DNA of 43,783 nt from Verrucomicrobiota bacterium (lineage in GTDB: Bacteria > Verrucomicrobiota > Verrucomicrobiia > Limisphaerales > JACRJZ01), in contig JAKLEJ010000001.1 in assembly GCA_022711695.1 (NCBI GenBank), forward strand, positions 1 to 43,783, read 5' to 3'. The notes below the pieces were generated by a model, which saw only the letters and a program-made list of their open reading frames with translations, ran no database searches and was not told where the DNA came from. The position numbers were made by a program, and so were the translations under genes. Numbering within the stretch: the stretch's first letter is position 1; each line of letters starts with the position of its first letter. Shown here piece by piece: positions 23,237 through 31,060 of the stretch.

Positions 23237-24049
23237 ATGAAGAAGCACCAAACAATTCGGCGCAAGAGCCACAAAGGCAGCGAATGGGATCTTCAATGGC
23301 AGGAGCACTGGAGCAAGGTCGGCCTGCCCGGCTACGAGTTGCCGGTGGGCGGGCGCGGCGCCGAGGAACGCGAGTTCCTCGGCCAGGCGCGCACGCCTGC
23401 GGGAGAAAGGCAGCGCCTCAAGCGCATCACCGACGAGTTCGCCCGCGCGTTCCGGGCTCTGTACCCGGTCGGCCCCGCGGTGACGGTCTTTGGCTCGGCG
23501 CGGTTCAAGGAGGATCATCGCTACTATAGACTGGCCCGGGCGGTGGGCGCGGAACTGGCCAGGGCCGGCTTCGCCACGCTCACCGGCGGCGGACCGGGCA
23601 TCATGGAGGCCGCCAATCGCGGCGCGCATGAAACGGGCGGAGCCAGCTACGGGCTGAACATCATCCTGCCGCACGAGCAATCCGCGAATCCTTACGTGGA
23701 TGACAGTATCGAGTTCCGCTATTTCCTCACTCGCAAGGTGTGTCTCGTAAAATACTCCTGCGCGTTCATCGTCATGCCCGGGGGGCTGGGCACCCTGGAC
23801 GAACTGTTCGAGGCGGCCACGCTCATTCAGTGCCAGAAGATCGGCCCGTTCCCTCTGATCCTGATGGGCGGGAAATTCTGGGACGGTTTCAAGAAGTGGG
23901 GCGAGTTCATGATGAGGCAGGAGGTCTTCGCGCGCGAGGAGATTGGCTTCGGCCGCATCACCGATTCGCCCAGGGAGGCGGTGGACCTCATCGTCCGCGG
24001 GCTGCCGCCCGCCGTTCGGGCGCGCCTCAAGCCCGCGGCAAAGCGCTGA
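23237..24049 (+). CDS. LOG-family (TIGR00730-type) nucleotide phosphoribohydrolase
   Basis: Strings VTVFGSAR, TGGGPGIMEAANRGA, and the signature PGGLGTLDELFE. Confidence 0.9.
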   Translation: MKKHQTIRRKSHKGSEWDLQWQEHWSKVGLPGYELPVGGRGAEEREFLGQARTPAGERQRLKRITDEFARAFRALYPVGPAVTVFGSARFKEDHRYYRLARAVGAELARAGFATLTGGGPGIMEAANRGAHETGGASYGLNIILPHEQSANPYVDDSIEFRYFLTRKVCLVKYSCAFIVMPGGLGTLDELFEAATLIQCQKIGPFPLILMGGKFWDGFKKWGEFMMRQEVFAREEIGFGRITDSPREAVDLIVRGLPPAVRARLKPAAKR

Positions 24050-24093
24050 CGCCGTTTCCGGCGAGCGCGGCCACGCCCTCCAGTCGTTAAGCC

Positions 24094-26412
24094 ATGCGAA
24101 AGCCATTCTTCAGAATCGCGGGGCGCGTCGCAGCCGTTCCCGTCTGCCTGGTCCTGGCGACGCTGGCGCAGCGAGTAATGGCCCAGACTCCGTTGGATGA
24201 GGAGGCGCCCTGGCCGCGGGTCCGCTCCACCAATGGCCACGAGGTGACCCTGCACCTGCCACAGGTGGAAACATGGAGGAGCAATTGGTTTCGCGCGCGA
24301 GCGGCGGTCGAGGTCAAGCCCGCGAAGACCCGGCAGGAACTGCTGGGGGTGGTGTGGTTCGAGGCGCATGGCAGCGTGGACCGGAACGCAAGGCGGGTCA
24401 CCCTGGATCGCCTCGAGATCACCCGGGCGCGGTTCCCGGATGCGGCGGACCAGGGCAGCAATGCGCTGGCCATCGTGCGCCAGGCCCTGCCTTCGGGAGC
24501 GCGCACGGTCTCGCTGGATTACCTGATCGCCTCCCTGGGATTTGCCCAGGCGGCGGCCCGCCAGGGACCCCGCGGCCTCAACCACACTCCGCCCGAAATC
24601 CTCTGGGCGACAAACCGCACCGCGCTGGTCTTGATCGACGGCGAGCCGGTGTTGCGCCCGGTTCCAGACCAGCCGCTCGATCGGGTGATCAACACCCCGG
24701 CGCTGCTGGTTTACGACAAGGCCGCCGCCCGGTTCTACCTTGAAGGCGACGGCCAGTGGTTCGCCGCCGGCTCGCTGAAAGGTCCGTGGTCCCTGGCTCA
24801 GAATCCGCCGGCGGCGGTGGCCGCTCTGTCGTCCGCGTCCTCTCCGGGGTCCAATGCTCCGGCCGGAGACCCTCCGCCCCGGATCGTCGTCAGCACCAGT
24901 CCTGCCGAATTGCTGGTGACCGCGGGGCTGCCGGATTTCAGACCCGTCGCTGGAACCGCGCTGCAATACGCGGCCGACTCGGACAGCCAACTCTTCTTCC
25001 ACACCACCGAGCGCGAGGCCTATGTGCTGATCGCCGGCCGGTGGTTCAAGGCGAAGTCCCTCAACGGCCCCTGGACCCATGTGGCTCCCCGGGACTTGCC
25101 GCCGGACTTCGCGCGCATTCCGCCCGGCAGTCCGCAAGCGATCGTGCTGGCCTCGACACCCGGCACGCCTCAGGCCGAGCTGGCCTTGATCGCCAATGCG
25201 GTTCCCACCACCGCGACGATCAAGCGCCGCGAGGCGAAGTTCGAGCTTTCCTACGACGGCGAGCCGCAGTTCAAGCCCATCGAGGGAACCGGCTTGAGCT
25301 ACGCGGTCAACGCGGCGCTCCCCGTCATCCTCGTCGGCGACTCCTGTTACGCCTTGGACAACGGCGTCTGGTTCGAGGCTTCCTCTCCCGCAGGCCCCTG
25401 GACGGTGGCGGCCGAGGTCCCGGAAGACATCTATACCATTCCCCCCAACTCCCCGGTGTACTACGCGACGTTTGCGCGCGTTTACCAGGCCACCGACGAC
25501 GAGGTGGAGGTGGGTTACACGCCCGGCTACCAGGGAGCTTACGAGGACGAGGGCACGATCGTTTACGGCACCGGCTGGAACTATGAACCGTGGTCCGGCG
25601 ATCAGTACTATGGCTGGGGCTGGACCTGGGGCTACAGCTACGTTTACGTGCCGTGGTACCAATGGTGGACCTGGCGGCCGTGGTGGAATCCTCCCGAGGG
25701 CCTGCGGGCCGCCCTGGTGGAGAACATCTACGCCCGGTGGCAGGGGCGCAACGGCGTGGTTCACTATGACGGGGCTGCGCCCCTGGCTCCTCTGGCTCCT
25801 CTGGCCCCGCTCGCTCCCCTGGCGCCCCTGGCGTCGTCTGCAGGTTACTCGGGGCATCCCGCTCTCTATGGACGTTTTGCCGGGAGCGCGCGTCCGGCCC
25901 CGCTGGCCCCGCCCGCAAACTCGATTGCACTGAATCCCTATTCCCGGCCGGAGACCCCTCTGCGCGCGGGAGAGATGCCCCGTGGCGCTCAATTGCTTTC
26001 CGCCGTCCGGCAGGCGCCGGGCGCCGGCCGCGACCTCTACGCGTCGCCGGATGGGAGCATTTACCGCCGCAAGCCCGACGGCTGGTATCGCCGCCAAGCC
26101 AGCGGCGATTGGAGCTTTTTCGCTCCAACCCAGGGCCGGATCGAGCGCGACCGGCTGGCCTCCGCGCGCGCGGGACAGCCAGGAGGCGCTGGCGCCGTCT
26201 ATCGACCTGTGGGGGATGGCGCTGCCGGTGCGGCGAGGCTGCAGGCGCGGGGCGGCCGGGCGCCGGACACCGGTTTCCAGCCGCGCGCCCAGGAGGTCGC
26301 GGCTCTCGAACGCCAGTATTACGCGCGGTCTCTGGGCCAGTTGCGCGCTCAGAACTGGCGGGGCCCGGCCAACGCCGGCCGGCCCATTCGCGCGGGAGGC
26401 CGCCGGAGATGA
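24094..26412 (+). CDS. large secreted protein with three GxWF...GPW repeats and a Trp/Tyr/Gly-rich segment; family unknown
   Basis: Signal peptide VAAVPVCLVLATLAQRVMA. Three repeats: GDGQWFAAGSLKGPW, AGRWFKAKSLNGPW and DNGVWFEASSPAGPW. Aromatic block GWNYEPWSGDQYYGWGWTWGYSYVYVPWYQWWTWRPWWNPP. Also (APL)6 and PDGSIYRRKPDGWYRR. Confidence 0.75.
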   Translation: MRKPFFRIAGRVAAVPVCLVLATLAQRVMAQTPLDEEAPWPRVRSTNGHEVTLHLPQVETWRSNWFRARAAVEVKPAKTRQELLGVVWFEAHGSVDRNARRVTLDRLEITRARFPDAADQGSNALAIVRQALPSGARTVSLDYLIASLGFAQAAARQGPRGLNHTPPEILWATNRTALVLIDGEPVLRPVPDQPLDRVINTPALLVYDKAAARFYLEGDGQWFAAGSLKGPWSLAQNPPAAVAALSSASSPGSNAPAGDPPPRIVVSTSPAELLVTAGLPDFRPVAGTALQYAADSDSQLFFHTTEREAYVLIAGRWFKAKSLNGPWTHVAPRDLPPDFARIPPGSPQAIVLASTPGTPQAELALIANAVPTTATIKRREAKFELSYDGEPQFKPIEGTGLSYAVNAALPVILVGDSCYALDNGVWFEASSPAGPWTVAAEVPEDIYTIPPNSPVYYATFARVYQATDDEVEVGYTPGYQGAYEDEGTIVYGTGWNYEPWSGDQYYGWGWTWGYSYVYVPWYQWWTWRPWWNPPEGLRAALVENIYARWQGRNGVVHYDGAAPLAPLAPLAPLAPLAPLASSAGYSGHPALYGRFAGSARPAPLAPPANSIALNPYSRPETPLRAGEMPRGAQLLSAVRQAPGAGRDLYASPDGSIYRRKPDGWYRRQASGDWSFFAPTQGRIERDRLASARAGQPGGAGAVYRPVGDGAAGAARLQARGGRAPDTGFQPRAQEVAALERQYYARSLGQLRAQNWRGPANAGRPIRAGGRRR
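25777..25833 (+). repeat. in-frame 9-nt tandem repeat encoding (Ala-Pro-Leu)x6
   Basis: The sequence reads gcg ccc ctg gct cct ctg gct cct ctg gcc ccg ctc gct ccc ctg gcg ccc ctg gcg. The units differ at synonymous positions. Confidence 0.85.
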
Positions 26413-26762
26413 GCCTTCACCCGCGCTGCCTGCCGATGCTGGCCCTGCTGCTGGCCTGCCCGGGGATTTGCGCCGCTGCCAGCGGCAAGGCGCAGACAGT
26501 CGAGCAATTGCGGGCCGCCCTCGGTCAAGACCGCTTTGTTCCCCGCGCCTTCCTCAAAGGCGACCAAGTCCGCCTCTACTTCACCAACGCGGAGCAGCGC
26601 CTGAACCAGGAGGCCGATCTGGCCACGTCGGATGCGGGGTTTGCGGCTCGATTCAGACGCGAACTCTTTGAAACCGATGTCCAGAAATCTTTCGAGCTGA
26701 AAGAGCCCGCTCCGGTGGATTGGACCGATCACCTGGCGGACAGCATCCTGAACCAGTTCTGA
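26409..26762 (+). CDS. small secreted hypothetical protein (117 aa)
   Basis: The ATG overlaps the stop of the 772-aa gene (ATGA at 26409-26412). Signal peptide CLPMLALLLACPGICAA. Confidence 0.55.
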   Translation: MSLHPRCLPMLALLLACPGICAAASGKAQTVEQLRAALGQDRFVPRAFLKGDQVRLYFTNAEQRLNQEADLATSDAGFAARFRRELFETDVQKSFELKEPAPVDWTDHLADSILNQF

Positions 26763-26778
26763 TGGATCAGATCGTGTC

Positions 26779-27180
26779 ATGCTCACTGTAACCCTCATCG
26801 CGGCCGGCTTGGTTGCCGTAACGGTGGCTGTGCATGCCGCCGGCTTCGCGCTGGTGGGCGGCGCGGCCGAAATGGCCTCGGCCTTTTCCGCCGCGCGCAA
26901 GAACCGGCTGGACCTGAGCGTGGGCATTGCCCTGGGAAGCGCCTCCCAGATCGCGCTCTTTGTCGCCCCGGTCCTGGTGCTGCTCAGCTACTTCCTGGGC
27001 CCGACTCCGATGGATCTCCAGTTCTGGCCGGGCGCGGTCGTCATGATCCTGATCGCCACGCTCACCGCCTGCCTGGTGACCAACAGCGGCCGATCGGTTT
27101 GGTTTGTCGGCGTATTGTTGCCGATGGTGTATCTGATCTTTGCGATGACCCTTTACCTGCTGCCGCCCCGGACTCCCTAA
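26779..27180 (+). pseudogene. C-terminal remnant of a CaCA-family Ca2+/H+ antiporter (CAX/ChaA-like)
   Basis: The 133 aa match only the alpha-2 repeat to the C-terminus of CAX proteins: GGAAEMASAFSAARKNRLDLSVGIALGSASQIALFVAPVLVL. The usual GNAAEH is degraded to GGAAEM, and NWFEG-type to VWFVG. The N-terminal ~220 aa of a normal CAX is absent. Confidence 0.55.
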
Positions 27181-27227
27181 GAAGGCCCAACAGCGAACAC
27201 TGCCGACCCGCTTACCCGATTCACGCC

Positions 27228-27890
27228 ATGCCAGAGGAAAACATCAAAACCTCCAAACGGGTTCTGGAGCCCTACGACCGCATTTCCGAAGTGCTCTTCG
27301 GATTGATCATGGTTCTGACCTTCACCGGTTCGCTGAGCGTGGCCGAGGCCGGGCGCGACGATGTGCGCACCATGCTGATCGGCGCCCTGGGGTGCAACCT
27401 CGCCTGGGGGGTCATTGACGGCATCCTCTACCTCATGGGTTGTCTCGCCGACAAGGGCCGCAATCTCAAGACCCTTCACGCGGTCCGCGGCGCCCGCGCT
27501 CCCGAGGCGGCGCAAAAGCTCATTGCCGACGCGCTTCCCTCGGTGATCGCCTCGGTGGTGCAACCGGCGGAGTACGAGGCAATCCAGCAGCGGTTGCGGG
27601 AGCTGCCCGAGCCGCCCGCGCGCGCCCGCCTGAGCCGGACCGATTGGATGGGCGGGCTGGGCGTGTTTCTCCTGGTGTTCCTTTCCACGCTTCCGGTGGT
27701 GATCCCATTTCTGTTCGTCAGGAACGCCTTTCTGGCTCTCCGGATCTCCAACGCCATCGCCGTCACCCTGCTCTTTGTCGTTGGATACGCCTTCGGAAGG
27801 GTCACGGGAAGCCGCCCCTGGGTGACAGGGATCGCCCTGGTCATCCTGGGCGCCGCTTTGGTGGCCATGACCATGGCCCTGGGGGGCTGA
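27228..27890 (+). CDS. integral membrane protein, tentatively VIT1/CCC1-like
   Basis: ATG at 27228. The layout is TM, then a soluble helical insert, then three C-terminal TMs (LPVVIPFLFV ... LLFVVGYAFGRV ... GIALVILGAALVAMTMALGG), resembling VIT-family proteins. Key VIT motifs could not be confirmed by eye. Confidence 0.45.
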   Translation: MPEENIKTSKRVLEPYDRISEVLFGLIMVLTFTGSLSVAEAGRDDVRTMLIGALGCNLAWGVIDGILYLMGCLADKGRNLKTLHAVRGARAPEAAQKLIADALPSVIASVVQPAEYEAIQQRLRELPEPPARARLSRTDWMGGLGVFLLVFLSTLPVVIPFLFVRNAFLALRISNAIAVTLLFVVGYAFGRVTGSRPWVTGIALVILGAALVAMTMALGG

Positions 27891-27894
27891 AGAC

Positions 27895-29082
27895 ATGAGC
27901 GCACCGCGAACCATCCCGAGTCTCGCCCTCCGTTTGGCCGTTCTGCCGCTGTTGGCTCTGCTGGCGCCGAATACGCCCGCCTCCACAACCACGAACGAGC
28001 CCCCCTCACCAACCAACGCCCCTTCCAAGTTTGTGTCTCCCGAGGACGGCTGGCTGGATGTGAGCGCCTTCCTCGACGAGAAGTATGGGTTCCTGCCGGT
28101 GGCAATCCCGATCACCGAGCCGGCGGTGGGTTATGGCGCGGCCGGAGGCCTGGCCTTCCTGAGCCGACCGTTGTCCGAGGCGCGAGCGGGTTTCGGTCGG
28201 CCGGACATCACGGCCGTGGGGGCGCTCGGCACGGAAAACGGTTCCTGGGGCACGGTGGCCGGGGATGTCCGCCACTGGCTGGATGACCGTCTGCAGACGG
28301 TGGCGGGCGTGGTCTATGCCTCGGTCAACCTGGACTTCCATGGCATCGGCAGGGACAACGACCTGTTCGATCGCCCCTTGCGCTACAATCTCGAACCGAA
28401 GGGAGGCATGGTCCAGGGCAAGTACCGTTTGGGCGGCTCGCCCGCCTGGGCCGGGCTCAGCTATGCGTTTGCGGCGACGCGCGTCACGTTCGACGCCGCC
28501 GCGGAAGCGGCGAAGCTGCCCGAGTTTCAACGCGATTCCAGCGTCGGCGGACTGACTCCCTCCCTGACCTACGACACGCGGGACAACATCTTCACTCCCA
28601 CGCGGGGGACGTATGCGGAATTGACGGGAGGGCTCTTCAGCGAAGCGCTGGGCGGCGACGATGACTTCCAGCGGGCGCGCTTCATCGGCATGCAATACCT
28701 GCCGCTGGGCAGCCGCTTCTACCTTGGCCTGCGCGCCGAGGCTGCGGCGAGTTTCGGGGCCGCGCCGTTCTATCTGCATCCGTTCATCAACCTTCGGGGC
28801 GCCCCCATCATGCGCTACCAGGGCGAGGACGTGGCGCAGATCGAGGCGGAGCTGCGATGGCAATTCTGGAAGCGCTTCAGCCTGGTGGGCTTCGTCGGGG
28901 CCGGCGCCGCCTGGAACGACTTCGAGCGCTTCGACAGCTCGCAGACCGTGGTCACAGGCGGAACCGGTTTTCGCTATGAACTGGCGCGCAAATACGGAAT
29001 TCACATGGGACTCGATGTCGCGTTTGGCCCGGATAACGCCGCCGTATATGTCCAGGTGGGCAGCGCCTGGGCCAGACCGTGA
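27895..29082 (+). CDS. Omp85-family outer-membrane beta-barrel (surface-antigen domain) without POTRA repeats
   Basis: Signal peptide, then alternating beta-strand pattern. Strings LTYDTRDNIFTPTRGTY and INLRGAPIMRYQG are typical of Bac_surface_Ag barrels. At 395 aa there is too little room for POTRA domains. Confidence 0.75.
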   Translation: MSAPRTIPSLALRLAVLPLLALLAPNTPASTTTNEPPSPTNAPSKFVSPEDGWLDVSAFLDEKYGFLPVAIPITEPAVGYGAAGGLAFLSRPLSEARAGFGRPDITAVGALGTENGSWGTVAGDVRHWLDDRLQTVAGVVYASVNLDFHGIGRDNDLFDRPLRYNLEPKGGMVQGKYRLGGSPAWAGLSYAFAATRVTFDAAAEAAKLPEFQRDSSVGGLTPSLTYDTRDNIFTPTRGTYAELTGGLFSEALGGDDDFQRARFIGMQYLPLGSRFYLGLRAEAAASFGAAPFYLHPFINLRGAPIMRYQGEDVAQIEAELRWQFWKRFSLVGFVGAGAAWNDFERFDSSQTVVTGGTGFRYELARKYGIHMGLDVAFGPDNAAVYVQVGSAWARP

Positions 29083-29083
29083 T

Positions 29084-29776
29084 ATGAATCTGAGCAGGCT
29101 CCATTCCCTTGGGCTCGCAGCCCTGGCGTTTGCGGTTGGCATCGCGCGGGTCCCGGCGCAGGAGGCGGCGGGCTCGGGGCCTCCCGTCATGGCCACCAAC
29201 CGGACGGTCGCGCTTCCTGCGGAGCCGGACGAAAAGGAGTGGACGTTTGCCGCCTCGGCCAGCCTCTACATTGTTCCGGAAAGCCGGGAGTATGCGCAGC
29301 CCACCTTGGCCGCCGACCGCGGTTGGTTGCATCTGGAGGCGCGCTACAACTACGAGAACCTCGAGACCGGGTCGGCCTGGGTGGGCTATAACTTCGCGGG
29401 CGGGCGCAAGCTCGAGTGGGAGATCACCCCCATGCTTGGCGGCGTGTTTGGAGACACCATGGGCATCGCCCCCGGCTATAAGGGCTCCCTGACCTGGTGG
29501 AAGCTCGAACTCTACAGCGAAGGCGAATTTGTCATCGACGCCCGGGATTCCTCCGGCGACTTCTTCTACACCTGGTCCGAGTTGAGCTACTCTCCTGTCG
29601 AGTGGTTTCGCTTGGGCCTGGCGGCCCAGCGAACCAGGGCATACGAGACGGAGCTGGATATCCAGCGGGGGTTCCTCGTGGGGTTCTCCCATCGGAGCGT
29701 CAACTTGACCGCCTATGTCTTCAACCTTGGCTGGACGGATCCGACGGTCGTGTTGACCGTGGGGGTGGAATTCTGA
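29084..29776 (+). CDS. hypothetical outer-membrane beta-barrel-like protein (230 aa)
   Basis: ATG 1 nt after the previous stop. Signal peptide LGLAALAFAVGIARVPA. It shows an alternating aromatic/polar strand pattern and a C-terminal ...LTVGVEF with terminal Phe. Confidence 0.6.
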   Translation: MNLSRLHSLGLAALAFAVGIARVPAQEAAGSGPPVMATNRTVALPAEPDEKEWTFAASASLYIVPESREYAQPTLAADRGWLHLEARYNYENLETGSAWVGYNFAGGRKLEWEITPMLGGVFGDTMGIAPGYKGSLTWWKLELYSEGEFVIDARDSSGDFFYTWSELSYSPVEWFRLGLAAQRTRAYETELDIQRGFLVGFSHRSVNLTAYVFNLGWTDPTVVLTVGVEF

Positions 29777-29779
29777 GCC

Positions 29780-31051
29780 ATGACACTCCTGGCCATCTTC
29801 CTCGCGCTGGTTTTCCTGCAGGTCCTGCTTTCGGCGGCGTTGGAGAAGAGCTGGGTGACCCCGCCCATGATCTTCGCCGGCGCGGGAATGGGGCTCCTGG
29901 TTCTGATGCCAGGGCTGCATGACCAGGCTGGCAGCCTCGAATTATGGCTGCATCTTGCCGAAGCGGGGTTGGTGCTGCTCCTCTTCACCGACGCGTCTCG
30001 CACGGACCTGCAGGTGCTCCGCCGCATCCGCGGCTTGCCGGGTCGCCTCTTGAGCGCCGGCATGCTGCTGACGCTGCTGCTTGGAGCTTTGTTGGCGCTG
30101 GCCTGTTTCTCGCGGCTCACCGTGTGGGAGGCCGGCATCCTGGCAGCCATTCTCGCTCCCACCGACGCCGGCCTTGGCCAGATCATCGTGAACAGTCCGC
30201 GAGTGCCTGTCAAAATCCGGCAGGCCTTGAATGTGGAAGCGGGGTTGAATGACGGGCTTTCGGTGCCTTTTCTGCTCTTCTTTATCGCGCTGGCTGGAGC
30301 CGGCGCGGAGGGAAACCACGCCAGTCTGCTGCGGTTCATCGTCGAGCAGTTGGGCGGCGGCGTCCTCATTGGGGGCGGCATCGGCGGGGTCGGCGGCTGG
30401 CTGCTGAACGTCGCGACTCGGCGCCGGTGGATGACCGCGGCGTCGCAGCAGCTCGGCGCCGTGGCCCTGCCGCTGTTCTGCATCCTGGCATCGGAAGCCT
30501 GCGGCGCGAGCATGTTCATCGCCGCCTTTGTCGCCGGCCTGGCTGTCCAGCTCCGGTTTCGCGAGGCCGGGCGACACAGCGTGGAATTTACTGAGAATTG
30601 GGGGCAACTGCTCAACCTTTCGGTGTTCTTTCTGTTCGGAATGATCGTGGCGAAGGACTGGACGCGCTTCGGCGCGGCGCACGCGCTCTATGCCATCCTC
30701 AGTCTGACCGTCGTTCGCATGATCCCGGTGGGTATCGCGCTGAGCGGTGCCGGGCTCGGCAGGGCAACGGTGCTCTTCATGGGCTGGTTCGGTCCGCGCG
30801 GCCTGGCTTCGATCGTTCTGGGGCTGGTCTATCTCGAGCACACCGCCCGCCATCCGGGGGAGTCCACGATCCGCCTTGCGGTGATGATGACGGTGCTCTT
30901 GAGCATTATGGCGCACGGCTTGAGCGCCGTTCCCGGAATTCGACTTTACGCCCGACATCTCCGTCGGCTGCCTCTCGGGTCTCCCGAACTGGACGAGGGC
31001 GCTTGCGGGGAGTCGCGCGATGCTTCGGCCACACCCACCAAACACCCCTAA
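29780..31051 (+). CDS. CPA1-family Na+/H+ (cation:proton) antiporter, NhaP-like
   Basis: Multi-TM protein with AILAPTDAGLG and NVEAGLNDGLSVPF strings, characteristic of the Na_H_Exchanger family. 423 aa. Confidence 0.88.
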   Translation: MTLLAIFLALVFLQVLLSAALEKSWVTPPMIFAGAGMGLLVLMPGLHDQAGSLELWLHLAEAGLVLLLFTDASRTDLQVLRRIRGLPGRLLSAGMLLTLLLGALLALACFSRLTVWEAGILAAILAPTDAGLGQIIVNSPRVPVKIRQALNVEAGLNDGLSVPFLLFFIALAGAGAEGNHASLLRFIVEQLGGGVLIGGGIGGVGGWLLNVATRRRWMTAASQQLGAVALPLFCILASEACGASMFIAAFVAGLAVQLRFREAGRHSVEFTENWGQLLNLSVFFLFGMIVAKDWTRFGAAHALYAILSLTVVRMIPVGIALSGAGLGRATVLFMGWFGPRGLASIVLGLVYLEHTARHPGESTIRLAVMMTVLLSIMAHGLSAVPGIRLYARHLRRLPLGSPELDEGACGESRDASATPTKHP

Positions 31052-31060
31052 GACAAAACC

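Noticed and set aside
25777-25833. A short tandem repeat that could be mistaken for a CRISPR-like or intergenic repeat array.
   Set aside because: It has a 9-nt period with no spacers, and it lies fully in frame inside a CDS, encoding (APL)6. It is a coding low-complexity repeat.
23827-26097. A 756-aa minus-strand ORF opposite the end of the LOG gene and the 772-aa secreted-protein gene.
   Set aside because: It is a codon-aligned antisense shadow. It is R/G/P-rich and crosses an intergenic region and two plus-strand genes.
27181-27227. Possible metal (yybP-ykoY-type) riboswitch upstream of the VIT-like gene.
   Set aside because: The gap is only 47 nt, too short for that element. I could not see the conserved riboswitch core.
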